Source of the DNA: Eledone cirrhosa
Lineage: Eukaryota
Direction: 5' to 3'
DNA: 64,000 nt
NCBI GenBank assembly: GCA_964016885.1
Contig: OZ024743.1
Span: forward strand, 88,102,001-88,166,000
The notes under the pieces: generated by a model
What the model saw: the letters and a program-made list of their open reading frames with translations, nothing else
Databases searched by the model: none
Told to the model about the DNA's origin: nothing
Shown: positions 11,965-26,217 of the stretch, one piece after another
Layout of the letters: every line of letters begins with the position of its first letter
How positions within the stretch are numbered: position 1 is the first letter of the stretch
Translations under genes and position numbers: made by a program

Positions 11965-12195
11965 ACCTTGATCACCTTGACCGACCAGTCTGTCGGGCGC
12001 CTCTGGTCACAGCACGTCGTACTGTTTAAGCCATAAGATAACGCCATCCCATCATTTCTACAGCTGAGTAAACTGGAGCAACGTGAAATAAAGTGTCTTG
12101 CTCAAGGAAACAACACATCACCCGGTCCGAGAATTGAACTCACAACTTTTCGATTGCAAACCCAATGCTTTAACCACTAAGCCATGCGCCTTCAC
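11965..12195 (-). mobile_element. tRNA-head SINE family B
   Basis: Reverse complement of gaaggcgcatggcttagtggtta...gtgagttcaattc...ccttgagcaagacactttatttcacgttgctcc; other copies at 25790-26062(-), 39535-39755(-), 54290-54510(+), 55940-56155(+). Confidence 0.88.
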
Positions 12196-12204
12196 ATATG
12201 TATG

Positions 12205-12253
<49 letters not shown>

Positions 12254-12653
12254 TCCCACTTTCACTCACTCCCTCTCTGCTTCTCTCCCCTTCCTCTCAC
12301 TTCCTGCCGCCTGACTTGCTTGAATTTCTTTCTTCTCTCAATCTTCTCGCGGCTCGGACGTGTCTATTTCTCCTTGTCAATTTGATATGTCGGTCTTAAG
12401 CCCACTGATTCATCGACTTGTCTCTATTTTCCTCTCTTTACGTTGCATACGACCATGTGTTTGTTTCCTTCCCTCTCTTTTCCCACTGTCCCGATAACTT
12501 AATTGAGTCATCGCTCGCACTGATTTTAGCTTTCTAGTCTTTAATGCGTCGAAATACCAACGTTAATCAGCAGACTACTGATGAGGACATTTTAACCCTT
12601 GTTTATTTGTATTCATATATTCATGTTCGCAATAACGCAGCACGCCATTCTTC

Positions 12654-12839
<186 letters not shown>

Positions 12840-12944
12840 ATATATACAAAATTAAGTTAAATTAAGGGTGTCATGTCAGATAGATATGCGCCATATCACC
12901 CGCAAAATATGCTCCAAGATTCTAATGAATAGGTCCGAGCATTT

Positions 12945-13051
12945 TATATCAACTAGAAATTGATTGACATATAAATATATCTAAAATAAACATGAAACGT
13001 GATTGTTTCATGTTTATTTTAGATATATTTATATGTCAATCAATTTCTAGT

Positions 13052-13058
<7 letters not shown>
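12945..13058. repeat. Perfect 54-bp-arm inverted repeat, 6-nt loop, abutting (TA)n
   Basis: tatatcaactag...catgaaac GTGATT gtttcatg...ctagttgatata. Confidence 0.95.
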
Positions 13059-13097
<39 letters not shown>

Positions 13098-13182
13098 GGC
13101 TTTTACAGGACTAGAACTGTTTCATTCCAAAGAAATCAAGATGATTTCTTTTGAATGAAACAGTTCTAGTCCTGTAGAAGCC
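13098..13182. repeat. Inverted repeat (about 41-bp arms) containing HHR-like GAAA-CAGT-TC
   Basis: ggcttttacaggactagaactgtttcattccaaagaaatca / tgatttcttttgaatgaaacagttctagtcctgtagaagcc. Confidence 0.9.
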
Positions 13183-13628
13183 TTTTCTATATTAAACACG
13201 ATATATATAGATAGATATATATATTAATGTATTGAGTACCACATTGAACCCGGGACTCACAAATATATGTAAAAATAATTGAAATGGATTGGAGCGATGA
13301 GTGTATAAGAATTTTCATAATATTGCAAGAATTTCAAACACAGAAGAAGCTGTGAAACAGTCTGTTGCTATTATGCAGATGTATTTGTTAAACCGTTTTT
13401 GTTTTTTTTGCTATGTATAATAGCAGGTGGCTGTTTTACAGCTACTTCTGTGTTTGAGATTCCTACAATGTTATGAAAATTCTTATATACGTATGTCCCT
13501 CTCTGCAATGTATAGCATACGTGTCAGCTATGTGACGTTGGCCTATATATATATGTATATATATATATATATATTTATAGTAATAATAATAAATGTGAAG
13601 AGTAAAATCCGAAGAGGGCTCGATAAGG

Positions 13629-13756
<128 letters not shown>

Positions 13757-13770
13757 GTAGAGCAAATATT

Positions 13771-13892
13771 TATTGAAATAACAGATTAAAGTTTAAGCAA
13801 AGAATCGCTGCTTTCACCCTTAACGGGATCTTCTGAGTTTAGGGGGTGAAAGCAGCGCTTCTTTGCTTAAACTTTGATCTGTTATTTCAATA
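13771..13892. repeat. Inverted repeat (about 50-bp arms) next to (TA)n
   Basis: tattgaaataacagattaaagtttaagcaaagaatcgctgctttcaccc / gggtgaaagcagcgcttctttgcttaaactttgatctgttatttcaata. Confidence 0.9.
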
Positions 13893-14178
13893 TATATATA
13901 ACTTTACTTTTAACGGTATCTTATAAACTCGTATAAGCACCAGAAGAAAAGTCATTATTTTGATTCCTCTTGTATTCTACACATGTGGCTTTGAAACCTC
14001 GGGTAGCGCCTTTGTTCCGTGTATGAACATAAATAAACAATATATATATATATCATACACACATATATATATGTGTGTGTGCGCGCGCGTGTATGTAACA
14101 TACAAACATACATACAAACATACATACATACATTCATACAAACATACATTACATACATACATATACACATACACACAC

Positions 14179-14209
<31 letters not shown>

Positions 14210-15175
14210 CATACTTATATAGATGATGGCTCGAATTTCGAGTAATGCCATCGCTTGATACTTAAGCATGAGCATAATGGGCGTGGCTTTTTAGTCCTGC
14301 TAGGGACTTGCCTATGGTCAGCAATGCCATGCATCGCAAAAAATGTCACATAACAAACGATGCCAGTACTTGAAGCTTTTATAAGTGCGGAAAGGGTTTG
14401 CACGGAGCCAATCCCACTCTCTAAACATCAAATGCATTTACCCAAAAAGTAGAATTGGATGCAAACGAAGTCACAGGTTTTATATATCAGAGTGACCTTC
14501 TCCTAAAGAGATGTCTTAATGAAGACTAGGAGTCTCTCGCTCCGCAAACAAAAAAACTTTATTGGATTCTCCTGAGTTCCTTTTGATGGGTTTTGTTTTT
14601 TATCCCGCTGGATGTCCAAAATCACCCTCCTCACCAAACAAGCTTGGTGGGGTTGCCGGTTTAGTCGCTGACCACCCAACCATACACTGGTTGTATTGGG
14701 TTACATATTTTCAAATACTTACATACATATATTTATATATGCATGCATATATACATACATGCATATATACATGCATACATACATACATACATACATACAT
14801 ACATACATACATACATACATACATACATACATACATACATACATACATACATACATACATACATACATTATTAGTGAGTTGGACGAAGTGCTTTGTGGTA
14901 TTTCTTCCGGGTCCTTACGTTTTGTGTTGAAATCTCGCAGAGTTCAACCTTACGGAATCGATGAAATAAGGTACCAGTAACGCACTGAGTTCGATTTAAT
15001 CGATTTTCCCCTTCCCTTTAAATTGCTAGTCTTGTGCCAAAAGTAGAAACAAATATCAATATATTAAATGAATAAATAACTAGAAATGTTTATACATACA
15101 TGTGTGCGCGTAAAAGATTGGTAGGTAGGTATGTAGGCGGACTGGTGGACATACAGACAGACAGTGATAGATAGA

Positions 15176-15620
15176 TTTCTTTATTAGCCACAAGGGCGCA
15201 ACAAGAAAGGGGACAATACAAAGACATACAGTGATAGATAGACAGACAGACAGGCTGGCTGGCAAGCAGACAGATAGATAGATAGATGGGAGGGATCCGG
15301 GCGGACGGACGAACAGACAGACAGATAGATAGGTAGATAGATATGTTTCTTTTATTTGCCACCAGGGCATCAAAAGTGGGACAAGTACAAAGGGGGGAGT
15401 TTACACAAAAAGGCGTCCTCAATAAGGAGGAGGCAATAACAAAATATAAAAATAAAATAAAATATAACAAAAAATAAAATTTATAACAAAATCCTCAATA
15501 GAGAGGAGGCGCCTTGGGGGTCGCACACACCCCCGAAAAAAGTGTGCAACCCTTTTCCTCAGGAGCACAGAGAGGGGGTGCTCCCTCGTTCCTTCCTCTT
15601 TTCCACCTACAGGCTTAGGT
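15176..15620 (-). mobile_element. Two LINE 3'-end fragments (possibly L1/Tx1-like) in (GATA/GACA)n; another at 29678-29760
   Basis: Minus strand ends ...ttgtccc...gccc(t)tgtggc(t/a)aataaa(a)gaaa running into the microsatellite; clade assignment tentative. Confidence 0.5.
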
Positions 15621-15921
15621 AGATAGATAGACAGACAGACAGGTAAGCAGACAGACAAATAGATAGATAGATTTTATTGGTGCGAACATGTATAGGTTTA
15701 GAGTTCAATACAGATTAGAGAATGCTAACAAAATTCAATGGACGCAACTTGTTGATTCGTAAAGAAGTGAAAAATACAAATATAAAATAATAAATAAACA
15801 AATTTCTTTCTTTCAGATTGCTGTTACATTTTCGTTTTTTTTTTCCTATTTTTTTTTTTTTTTTTTGTCGTACTTTTGTGTTTCTTATCTAACCAATGGT
15901 TTCCTCTCTTGTATTTTCCAG

Positions 15922-16307
15922 TTGGGTGCCAGCAGCCAATCAGCTGGAAGAACATTCAGACGCCAACAGCAATTTGGCCAATGGTTCATGGCAAATGGAT
16001 TTACCGCATGGCATTCTCAAGAACAGTCCCACGGGACTGGCCAATCACAATGACCACAGTCCAAGGAATACTGGGAGTACACCGACAGAAATCGGAAATG
16101 GAAGTGACGTAGGCTCGGATAATATGACCAGCGTATCGGCTACCGGTGTAGGCAGTCGAACGTCGCTGGTCAAGAAAAAGGTTGTACATTCCCTGCCCCA
16201 AAATAACACTGTGCTACGTTACGACCCATCGACAGAATTGACGGAAGCTTTAATTATAGGCCCAGAGGAAGGTAAAAACAACCATATATCACACAATGGG
16301 GACGCAG
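15922..16307 (+). CDS. Probable internal coding exon of an unidentified host gene (S/G/N/T-rich, likely disordered)
   Basis: Polypyrimidine tract ending ttttccAG at 15921; open frame WVPAANQLEEH...LPHGILKNSP...LRYDPSTELTEALIIGPEEGKNNHISHNGDA; donor CAG|GTTAGT at 16308; unique, GC-richer than flanks. Confidence 0.8.
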
Positions 16308-16699
16308 GTTAGTTAGAGATTGCGTACATGCATACATACATACATACATACATACATACATACATACATACATACATACATACATACATACATACATACA
16401 TACGTACGTATGTATGTACGTTCGTACGTACGTAGATACGTTTGTACGTACGTACGTATGTTTGTATGTATACACGTACCTACGTAGGTACGTGTATACA
16501 TATCATATATACCAACAAACATACAAACACCCAACATTAAATTCTACCACTTACGGGCTTCCGTACATATTATATCCAACAGGCTCGGCCAAAACTCCCC
16601 AGCAAAGCAAGTATCAAGTATCAGGTATTGTTTATCACATAGCGATATCGTATTACTTCACACTGATCACAAATTCACTGTAGGTTATCTGATCATCAC

Positions 16700-17930
16700 G
16701 TGATGATGTTGATGTTGTCGTTAGTGGTGGTGGCGGTGGTGGTGGTGGTGGTGGTCATGGTGGTAGCCGTGTTTATGAGGATGATCGTTATCGTTATCCT
16801 CATCATCACCACCACCTCCACCATCGTCAACACCACCACCACCACCTCCACCATCGTCATCATCACCACCACCGCCACCATCGTCAACACCACCACCACC
16901 ACCACCTCCACCATCGTCATCATCACCACCACCGCCACCATCGTCAACACCACCACCACCACCTCCACCATCGTCATCATCACCACCACCGCCACCATCG
17001 TCAACACCACCACCACCACCTCCACCATCGTCATCATCACCACCACCGCCACCATCGTCATCATCACCACCACCTCCACCATCGTCAACACCACCACCGC
17101 CACCATCGTCAACACCACCGCCACCATCGTCATCATCACCGCCACCACCGCCACCATCGTCATCATCACCGCCACCATCGTCATCATCATCATCATCATC
17201 ACCACCACCTCCACCATCGCCATCATCACCACCACCTCCACCATCGCCATCATCACCACCATCGCCATCATCACCACCACCTCCACCATCGCCATCATCA
17301 CCACCACCTCCACCATCCTCATCATCACCACCACCTCCACCATCGCCATCATCACCACCACCTCCACCATCGCCATCATCACCACCACCTCCACCATCCT
17401 CATCATCACCACCACCTCCACCAGCGTCATCACCACCGCCACCGCCGCCACCATCGTCATCACCACCGCCACCGCCGCCACCATCGTCATCACCGCCGCC
17501 AGTACCATCACCGACACTATCGTTAACGTCAACACCACTATCTTCATCAGCAGCAACAGCGTCACTCGTTTTCGCCACTACCATTATCATCATCAACATC
17601 ACCACCACCAACATCATCATCATCATCAGCGACATCACCACCACCAGCATTATCATCATCATCAGCGTCGTCATCATCATCACCACCACCACCACCAGCG
17701 TCATCATCACCACCACCACCATCATCCTCATCACCACCATCATCATCATCATCAGCGTCATCCTTACCAGTGTCATCAACAGCAGCATCATCACCACCAC
17801 CAACATCATCCTCATCACCACCATCATCATCATCATCACCAGTGTCATCAACAGCAGCAGCATCATCACCACCAACAGCAGCATCATCATCACCACCAAC
17901 ATCACCATCATCATCATCAGCTTCATCATT
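16700..17930. repeat. Compound (CAC/CAT/CGT)n trinucleotide tract
   Basis: Direct inspection. Confidence 0.95.
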
Positions 17931-18014
17931 ACAACAGCCGTTCACCTTGTTTCTGATGTTAGTAAAATTTCATTAAAAAAGATGTTCCTTTTACTGAGCG
18001 TGTATTATACTCGT

Positions 18015-18302
18015 ACACACACTGACACACACACAGACACACTGACACACTGACACAAACACAGACACACACACTGACACAGACACAGACACACACACAC
18101 TGACATACACACACACACACTGACACAAACACAGACACACACACACACATTGACACAAACACAGACACACACACACTGACATACACGTACACATACACAC
18201 ACTGACACATACACACACACACACACACACACACTGACATACACATACACACACTGACATACACACACACACACTGACACAAACACAGACACACACACAC
18301 TG

Positions 18303-18356
<54 letters not shown>

Positions 18357-18870
18357 ACATACACATACACATACTGACACAAACACACACACACACACAC
18401 ACACTGACACAAACACAGACACACACACACTAACATACACATACACACACACACACACACACTGACATACACATACACATACTGACACAAACACAGACAC
18501 ACACTGACACACACACACACACTCAAACACACTCACTGACACATACACTGACATACACACACTGACACACACAGACACACTGACACACACATACTGACAC
18601 AAGCACACTAATATTGACATATACGTTGACACTAACATACTCTCACACGCTGACATACTAGGTCAGAAACACTGACATACACACACACACATACACTGAC
18701 ACACTAACACACACATGTACGCACACATACACTGACACACTGAGACACACTGACAAACTCACTCACACACGCACACATTCAGCATGTAATGTCATATGTG
18801 TGTATGTGCTGGTGTGTGTGTGTGTGTGTGTATGTGCTGGTGTGTGTGTGTGTGTGTGTGTGTGTGTCTT
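18015..18870. repeat. Degenerate (CA)n / ACACTGAC microsatellite
   Basis: Direct inspection. Confidence 0.95.
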
Positions 18871-19094
18871 TTTCAATTGGCAGTAATCAGTAGAGCGTCG
18901 GACAAAATACTTTGCTGTAGTTACGACTTTCTACGTTCTGAGTTCAAATCCCAACTAGGTCAACTTTGCCTTTCATCCTTCAAGGGTTGAGAAAATAAAG
19001 TACCAGTTTCGTACTGGGGTCAATATAATCGACTTCCCCTTCCCCCAAATTGCTGGTCTTGTGTCAATGCTAGAAAGATTTATTTCAATTATTT

Positions 19095-19190
19095 ATAACA
19101 AAGAAACTAAGCTCTATCGTTGGAATTTGGATGACAACAATGGTGAGTGTTGCATGTTGAACTTTTAAAATGTCTTACATATATTTATTC
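19095..19190 (-). mobile_element. Short diverged 3'-end fragment of an R4/Dong-like element
   Basis: Minus strand atatgtaagacattttaaaagttcaac...aaattccaacga resembles 60652-60830 (ICKTF.KF plus UTR). Confidence 0.45.
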
Positions 19191-19855
19191 TTCCTCTTAT
19201 TGATTTTATTTGTAAAGTGTTTGTTAGCTCCGAAGGAAAACTTTCTTGGTAAAAAAAAAAAAACCATGGTCATTCGTGACCGAATGGGGCCTCGAACTAA
19301 TGGTGGAGTGGGAGGGGACTGCTAAGACTTGCAGACTATCTTGAGTATTTTAAACCTGGTGGGATCCAGGTCTGATCACAGCTGATTCCTTCCAGAGAGA
19401 GATAGAGAGAGAGAGGGGGGGGATAAGTCTATCCCAATACTGGAATAGTAATTTATTTATCGACCTCGAAAAGATGACTAGCAAAGTTGAACTCGAATTA
19501 ATCATGTGTTTTCAAATTGTCGGAATTAATTAATATACACATGGCTCTCGAATAATAGTCCCCCACCTTGGTTATTAACTTTTGTTAATCTATCTCCGGC
19601 GAAATTTTATTTTAAGTGGTAGCATACCTGCGACAATTAACTTTCTTTAAAAAACTGAATAGGATGGGTTGGGGTCTCAATATATAAACTAAACGACTAA
19701 TTCGGGGGTGGGGGGTTAAATCAATGGAGACAACCTAGAAAAATTGTTGATTTTCCACTGCCACCACCCCGCTTATTCCAACGCCACTGCTTATTCCAAT
19801 ATATGTATATATATTTGTGTGCGTGTGTGTCTATATGTATATACGTATATATGTA

Positions 19856-20345
19856 CTAGCCGAATTACCCGCGCCTTGCTGCGTTTCACACATTTTTTTT
19901 GTAAGAAAATTATTGATTTTAAATCAGTGATATAATTTATGGAGGAAAACTCTGCATTTCAATATTACTCAATGTCAAATGTAATGCATGAAAAATTGGA
20001 AAACGTTATTTTTTGCAATATATCAAATCAAAATTACATTATTAAATCATATTCCTATTTTGTTTCTTGTAAATAATTTTTTTCAAAATATCAATTCAAA
20101 ACTTTTGTGAATAGGCATCATATCTTGTCATTTACTTATGGTTTAAATTTCATATAAATCGAAAAGAAAAAATTTTCAGCGGGGTTTTGTACCCCCGGGG
20201 AACCCTTTGATTAAAATGAAATATTCTTATCCAAGTGCCCTGGGCAATGTAGTTTCAGAATATATATGGTTATGGGGGTCTATCTCCAAAACCATAGGAG
20301 GAGTTCGTGAATAAACAAACAAACAGGAACTACAACTTTATATAT
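19856..20345 (-). mobile_element. Non-autonomous Helitron; partial second copy at about 39200-39505
   Basis: Minus-strand 3' end cgcagcaaggcgcgggtaattcggCTAG|T; 5' end (ta)taaagttgtagttcctgtttgtttg. Confidence 0.7.
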
Positions 20346-20577
20346 ATATGTATGTACGTATTTATTCAATAACAGGTAGATTCTTGATATTTAACCCATA
20401 GTCTTTCCTGTGGATGATATTGAATATCATTCAGAAATGTTCATAAACATACAGTAATATAACGAAGAGTTTATATGAATGTGTTTATGATTGAAAATAT
20501 GTGTGTGGGTAAGTATGTGTACGTATATTTATACCTGTTGATGTATGCTTGAATGTGTATATATATATTTATATATA

Positions 20578-21051
20578 CAGTTTTCCCCCGGTATTCGCGG
20601 GGTTTACGTTCCTAGAGCATCCGCAAACAGAGAAAAGCCGCGAATATTGGGCGTGGTCTATAAAAAGGCCTATAAACGTCAAAATATAACGTAAAATATA
20701 ATAATTGTTTCTACGTTTGGCACAAGGCCAGCAATTACCCAGTGCATTACTGGTACTTTATTTTATCGACCCCGTAAGGATGAAAGGCAAAGTTAACCTC
20801 GGCAGGATTTGAACTCAGAATGGCAAGGGCTGTAACTCTATACGTCAAAGCATGGCGTCAGACCCTCTACCGATACTGCCAATCCACAATAAAGAGGGAG
20901 TGTCTTCTATTGCCACAAAATTAGCCATAAAAAAATCGCGGAAGATATTTACGATTCCGCGAATATGCGGTGGTTTCCACGAACAATTATTAGTTAGGTT
21001 CTAATGAAAATTGCGCGAATAACCGGGACCACGAATTCCGGGGTTACACTG
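20578..21051. mobile_element. Tc1/mariner (pogo-like) MITE interrupted by SINE A (20701-20887, -)
   Basis: TA|CAGT...cccggtattcg / cgaattccggggttacACTG|TA. Confidence 0.7.
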
Positions 21052-21249
21052 TATGCAGAAGGTTATTTGTCACTGATATACAGGAAATTTCAATGAAAGA
21101 TAACTAAAGAATTATATATACATATATAGAATATATTTAACAAAGTCAGCGATTGGTAGATTCCTATTAGGTAAGCTAAAATAAGCACGAGATTAATGGT
21201 GAAGCGATGTTATTTTAGGTCACTTTAGGTATTTACCCTTTACTAACTT

Positions 21250-21319
21250 CGTAAAAGTGATTCTATATATGTAAATTTATATATATATATATATTTACAT
21301 ATATAGAATCACTTTTACG
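21250..21319. repeat. 27-bp-arm palindrome centred on (TA)n
   Basis: cgtaaaagtgattctatatatgtaaat (TA)n atttacatatatagaatcacttttacg. Confidence 0.92.
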
Positions 21320-21586
21320 TTCCTTTGTCAGTGTTTCCCCATTCCAATGACACACTACACACCCTACTTTAAACCTCCCTGCCCTTCATTGCCACCCACT
21401 TCTCTAACGAATTGGTCGTGTCCCCTTATCTTGACATAAGCCATCAGTCTCACTTGAACCCTACTTTTCGGGGGCCCACTCCTTATCAACTTCTCAAGTC
21501 TTCCTTGTTGAACTCGTATCGGCTTTCTTGCCGCCAAAAACCTTTAAAATCTTTCATCAATTGGAAGTTGTAGGGGGAGGTTTAAT

Positions 21587-21676
<90 letters not shown>

Positions 21677-21989
21677 ATGGTGGTGGCGGTGGTGGTAACT
21701 GTTGTGATGATGGTGGTGGTGAGGCTGCTGTTGGTGGCAGTAGTAGTAGTAGTTGTTGTTGTGTAAATCATGGGTTCGGTCCCACTACGTGGCACCTTGG
21801 GCAAGTTTCTATAACTATTGTCTGAACACCTTCGGCAAGTCTCTTCTACAATAGTCATAGGTTGACCAAGGCCTTGTGAGTAAAACTGGGCAGACGGAAC
21901 CTGTATAATTAACCCTTTTTTTCACTCACTGCCTCCATCTCTCTCGCTCTCCCCATCTCTCACTATTATATGCAAAGCCCACACACTAG

Positions 21990-22500
21990 CCACCCCGCGG
22001 TCCCGACGGACAGAATAGAGAAGGCGTTTCGCCGGAGGATGGTAAGGGAGACGCATTGGAAGAGCCATTCCATCTCACGAGGCTCACACCCGTGGGTAGC
22101 CGACTCTGGGCCGATGGTGGTGAGTAGGGAGGTGGCCGTAGAGTCAAGGATACCAGATGTCTCCACTGTTACGGGGTGTCGATGGTGGTGAGTAGGGAGG
22201 TGGCCGTAGAGCCAAGGACACCAGATGTCTCCACTGTTACGGGGTGTCGATGGTGGTGAGTAGGGAGGTGGCCGTAGAGCCAAGGACACCAGATGTCTCC
22301 ACTGTTACGGGGTGTCGATGGTGGTGAGTAAGGGGGCGGTCTCCTATGGCCATGGACACCAGAAGTCTCCACTGTCGGAGAGCGACCGATATTTGGAGAG
22401 TTTACCTTCCTCAGTCCAAAGTCAGCAAAGCCTAGATTAATCGGAGACTGCACCAGGTTGCTGTAATTGAAAAATCCAGTTTTGTCACATACTGCGTCCC
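21990..22500 (-). pseudogene. CRE-like retrotransposon fragment containing about 4 tandem copies of a 68-bp internal segment (22113-22375)
   Basis: TVETSGILDSTATSLLTTIGPESATHGCEPREMEWLFQCVSLTILRRNAFSILSVG; gatggtggtgagta recurs at 22113, 22181, 22249, 22317. Confidence 0.88.
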
Positions 22501-22899
22501 GCTGATTCGGCTTGAGTGTTACGTTAAGGGTACACGTGTCTGTGGAATACTCAACCACTTACACGTTCATTCTTACGGGTTAGGCATTCAGTTGATCAAA
22601 GAACTGAATGCTCATCGTCAAAACCGTCGGAGGATCCGTTGCCACCATCATCGCCATTGTTATCATCATAAGTGTTTGTCTTTTAATGAGGATGAAAGTA
22701 TGGATCTCTCGATAGTCTTGAGTCAGATGTCTTGTTGCTCTGACGCTCCAGTCCATGTAGCCTTTGTCCACACACTGTACCACGCTGAATCTCCCTGAGA
22801 ATTACATTAAAAGTTCACGTGTCTATGAAACGTTAACTTCACGAGCCTTTACCGGAACCAACAGTAGTCCCACACATACACTCTCCCTGTCTCCCTCTT

Positions 22900-22946
<47 letters not shown>

Positions 22947-23031
22947 AGAGAGAGAGAGAGCGAGAGAGAGAGATGTGTGTGTGTAGAGAGAGAGAGAGAT
23001 GTGTGTGTGTAGAGAGAGAGATGTGTGTGTG

Positions 23032-23095
<64 letters not shown>

Positions 23096-23819
23096 TGTGT
23101 GTGTAGAGAGAGATGTGTGTGTGTGTAGAGAGAGAGAGAGAGATGTGTGTGTAGAGAGAGAGAGAGAGAGAAGTGTGTGTGTGTAGAGAGAGAGAGAGAG
23201 ATGTGTGTAGAGAGAGAGAGGTGTGTGTGTAGAGAGAGAGAGAGAGGTGTGTGTGTGTGTGTGTGTGTGCATTAGCAGAAAATGCACACGTAAATACTTT
23301 CACTCAAAAACAAACGTGTATTACACACATACACACACATGCACACGCACGCACACACACATGCATATACACACACACACACACACATGCACCGAGATTT
23401 TAAGGACTTCCAGACGTACAGACATAAGGGTTCGTGACTTCAGAAGTAGTAAGAAACTGCCATGATGAATGTTGTGTAAAGTTGAGTTAAGCAGCAGCTC
23501 ACTTGTGATATATGAAGGTGGATGGCTTTTGTTGATGTATTGTATGATGTAGGCAAGATGGTGGCTGTAGAAAGCAGGGGGGTGAGAGTGAGCTAGAGGT
23601 GGGGTTGGGGCTAGAGAAACGTCCATCCACCACCTACCCTCATCTTTCTCTTTAGTGGGGTCAACCAGAGCAAAGTTGGAGTATTATTGTGTCCCCTACT
23701 CCGCTCACTATCAGGGTGTTGGGTTCAGCTGTGTCATATTTCATTAAAAAAGCAACTTACATATGTATATATGTGGAGGGAGGGGGCTCATCTCTATTTA
23801 ACAAAGTCTTTCTACTTCT

Positions 23820-24540
23820 ACTCCACTCCACTCCGCACCACTCCACTCCACACCCTTTCACTCCACTCCACTCCACACTACTTCCACTCCACATCATACC
23901 ACTTCCACTCCACACCACTCCACTCCACACCAATCCACTTCCACTGCACTCCACACCAATCCACTTCCACTGCACTCCACACCAATCCACTTCCACTGCA
24001 CTCCACACCAATCCACTTCCACTGCACTCCACACCAATCCACTTCCACTGCACTCCACACCAATCCACTTCCACTGCACTCCACACCAATCCACTTCCAC
24101 TGCACTCCACACCAATCCACTTCCACTGCACTCCACACCAATCCACTTCCACTCTACGCCACACAACTTCCACTCCACTCCACTCCACACCACTCCCCTC
24201 CACACCACTCTACTTCACTCCACTCCACACCAATTCACTTCCACTCCACTCCACACCACTTCCCTCCACACCACTCTACTCCACTCCACACCACTCCACT
24301 CTACTCCACACCACTCCACTCCACACCACATCACTCCACTTTACTCCACTCTACTCCACTCCACTCTACTCCACTCCACACCACTCCACTCCACACCACT
24401 CCTCTCGACACCACTCCACTCCACTCTACTCCACACCTCTCCACTCCACACCACACCACTCCACTCCACTCCACTCCACTCCACTCCACTCCACTCCACA
24501 CCACTCCCCTCCACACCACTCCACTCCACACCACTCCACT
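23820..24540. repeat. (TCCAC)n pentanucleotide-derived tract with a 26-bp sub-period
   Basis: Direct inspection; ccacaccaatccacttccactgcact repeated. Confidence 0.95.
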
Positions 24541-24726
24541 CCTTTCTCCACGTAAATACTTTCACTAAAAAACAAACGTATATTACAGTGTGTATGTATG
24601 TTTACAACAAACATTACTCTCATGTGTGTGTGTGTGTGTGTTTATCAGCGGTAGCACTAATATAGCGTGTTATTCATAATAGAGGTGTATATGAAAGCAT
24701 ATACTATATATTTGTGCATTATAAAT

Positions 24727-24916
24727 CCGCCAGCAGGAGACCCTGGGGTAGACCCCGAGCAAGATGGTTGGATAACATCCATGAGCTTGGCTGGTCTTGC
24801 TTGGGAATCCAGCTGGATCAGTTGGAGACGATTGCTTATGACAGGACCCGCTAGAAGGAGCGTTTGAGGACTCTACTCCCTTGACCCTCGCAGAAATAAG
24901 TGGGCGAAGAAGAAGA
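24727..24916 (+). pseudogene. 3' end of an RTE-clade (Expander/Rex3-like) LINE
   Basis: RRPWGRPRARWLDNIHELGWSCLGIQLDQLETIAYDR...LRTLLP followed by a (GAA)n tail. Confidence 0.75.
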
Positions 24917-26116
24917 TATAAAAGTCATGCTACGAATGTTTTAAGCTGTGATCATCTCACAGCTATCTCTGTAGCCGCAATCAAGCTCGCACTAGCTTAG
25001 TAAACAAATATATCTAGCAGATATATAAGAGCTATAGTTTATTCTGGGTGTGTACATCTTTATTTGTCAACATAACCGACATCATAATAGTAGAAATAAT
25101 AAGAGAAAAAAGGAGAGGAAAAATGAAAAAAATCACACAAGCAGGTAATACGCACATTTAGGACCACATACAACAAAAGGCAGACGAAAGGGCTGGAGAA
25201 ACGAACTGCTACCTGAACAAAAGATAACAATATCTAACGTCCTCACACGACTATTTTTCACACGTATTTTTTTACGTGTCTTACTGGTTATCGCAAGGGA
25301 TCGTGGAAGTATTAGTAAAATCTTCTACATGAGATTTTAAAAGGTATTCAACAGATGAGGCCTGCTGGTTTTCATAATTAGTTTCATGTAGTTATGCTGT
25401 GTCTGGGTGTTGATTTTTGGTTTATAATTTAATTTCAGTAAAGCCCCCTTAGCTACTCTCCTCATTTTATGTGAGATTTTATTTAGAATCATGGTATTGT
25501 CAACTAATGTTTTTCTTGCGTTGTGCGCTAAGCAGCCGAAATGTACGATTAAGTTATATCTGTATATATACACAGGATAGAGGTAACCGAAACTGCGTAA
25601 ATGTGTAAAAAATTTACATATGTAAACATGTCAAATTATTTATTTCCCTGTAAATTGAAAAAAATGATAAACACCTTTAATTTTCGAACCTAGTTGGTCC
25701 TTCATCAGGAAGCATGTAACCGAGGGGCTTATATATCCTATAATATTTTCTTGTTTAATTTTATTTTGAGTAAGGTAAGAAGGGTAAAGAACCCCTTCGG
25801 TCACGAATGATCATGGTAAAATTCCCCTCCAAGGCACAAATATCCCCTCTCCTCGCCACCGATGTTATCCAAAAGAAAGGCAAAAGCCGATATAGCTTGG
25901 CACCAGTGACATCGCAACTCATTTCTAGAGCTAAGTAAACTGGAGCAACGGGAAATAAAATGTCATGCTCAAGGACATAACGCATCACCCGGTCCGAGAA
26001 TCGAACTCACAACCTCCCAACTACAAGAACCAACGCTCTAACCACTAAGCCATGCATCTTCACTATTTTGTGTAGTGTATTGTAATGTGCTCTGACAGCT
26101 CCTTGTTGTAAATATA

Positions 26117-26217
26117 TAGTGTGTCCCAAAAAATGTATACACATTTTGATTACCTGTACAAGCAATATTTATTAGAATGCTGTTGAAATGTGTATACATT
26201 TTTGGTGGACACCCTTC
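26117..26217. mobile_element. About 100-bp mariner-like MITE
   Basis: TIRs gtgtcccaaaaaatgtatacacattt / aaatgtgtatacatttttggtggacac. Confidence 0.7.

Noticed and set aside
16696-17956. Long ORFs on both strands (poly-T/I/H, G/D, V/M)
   Set aside because: Trinucleotide repeat open in most frames; no splice signals or unique coding content
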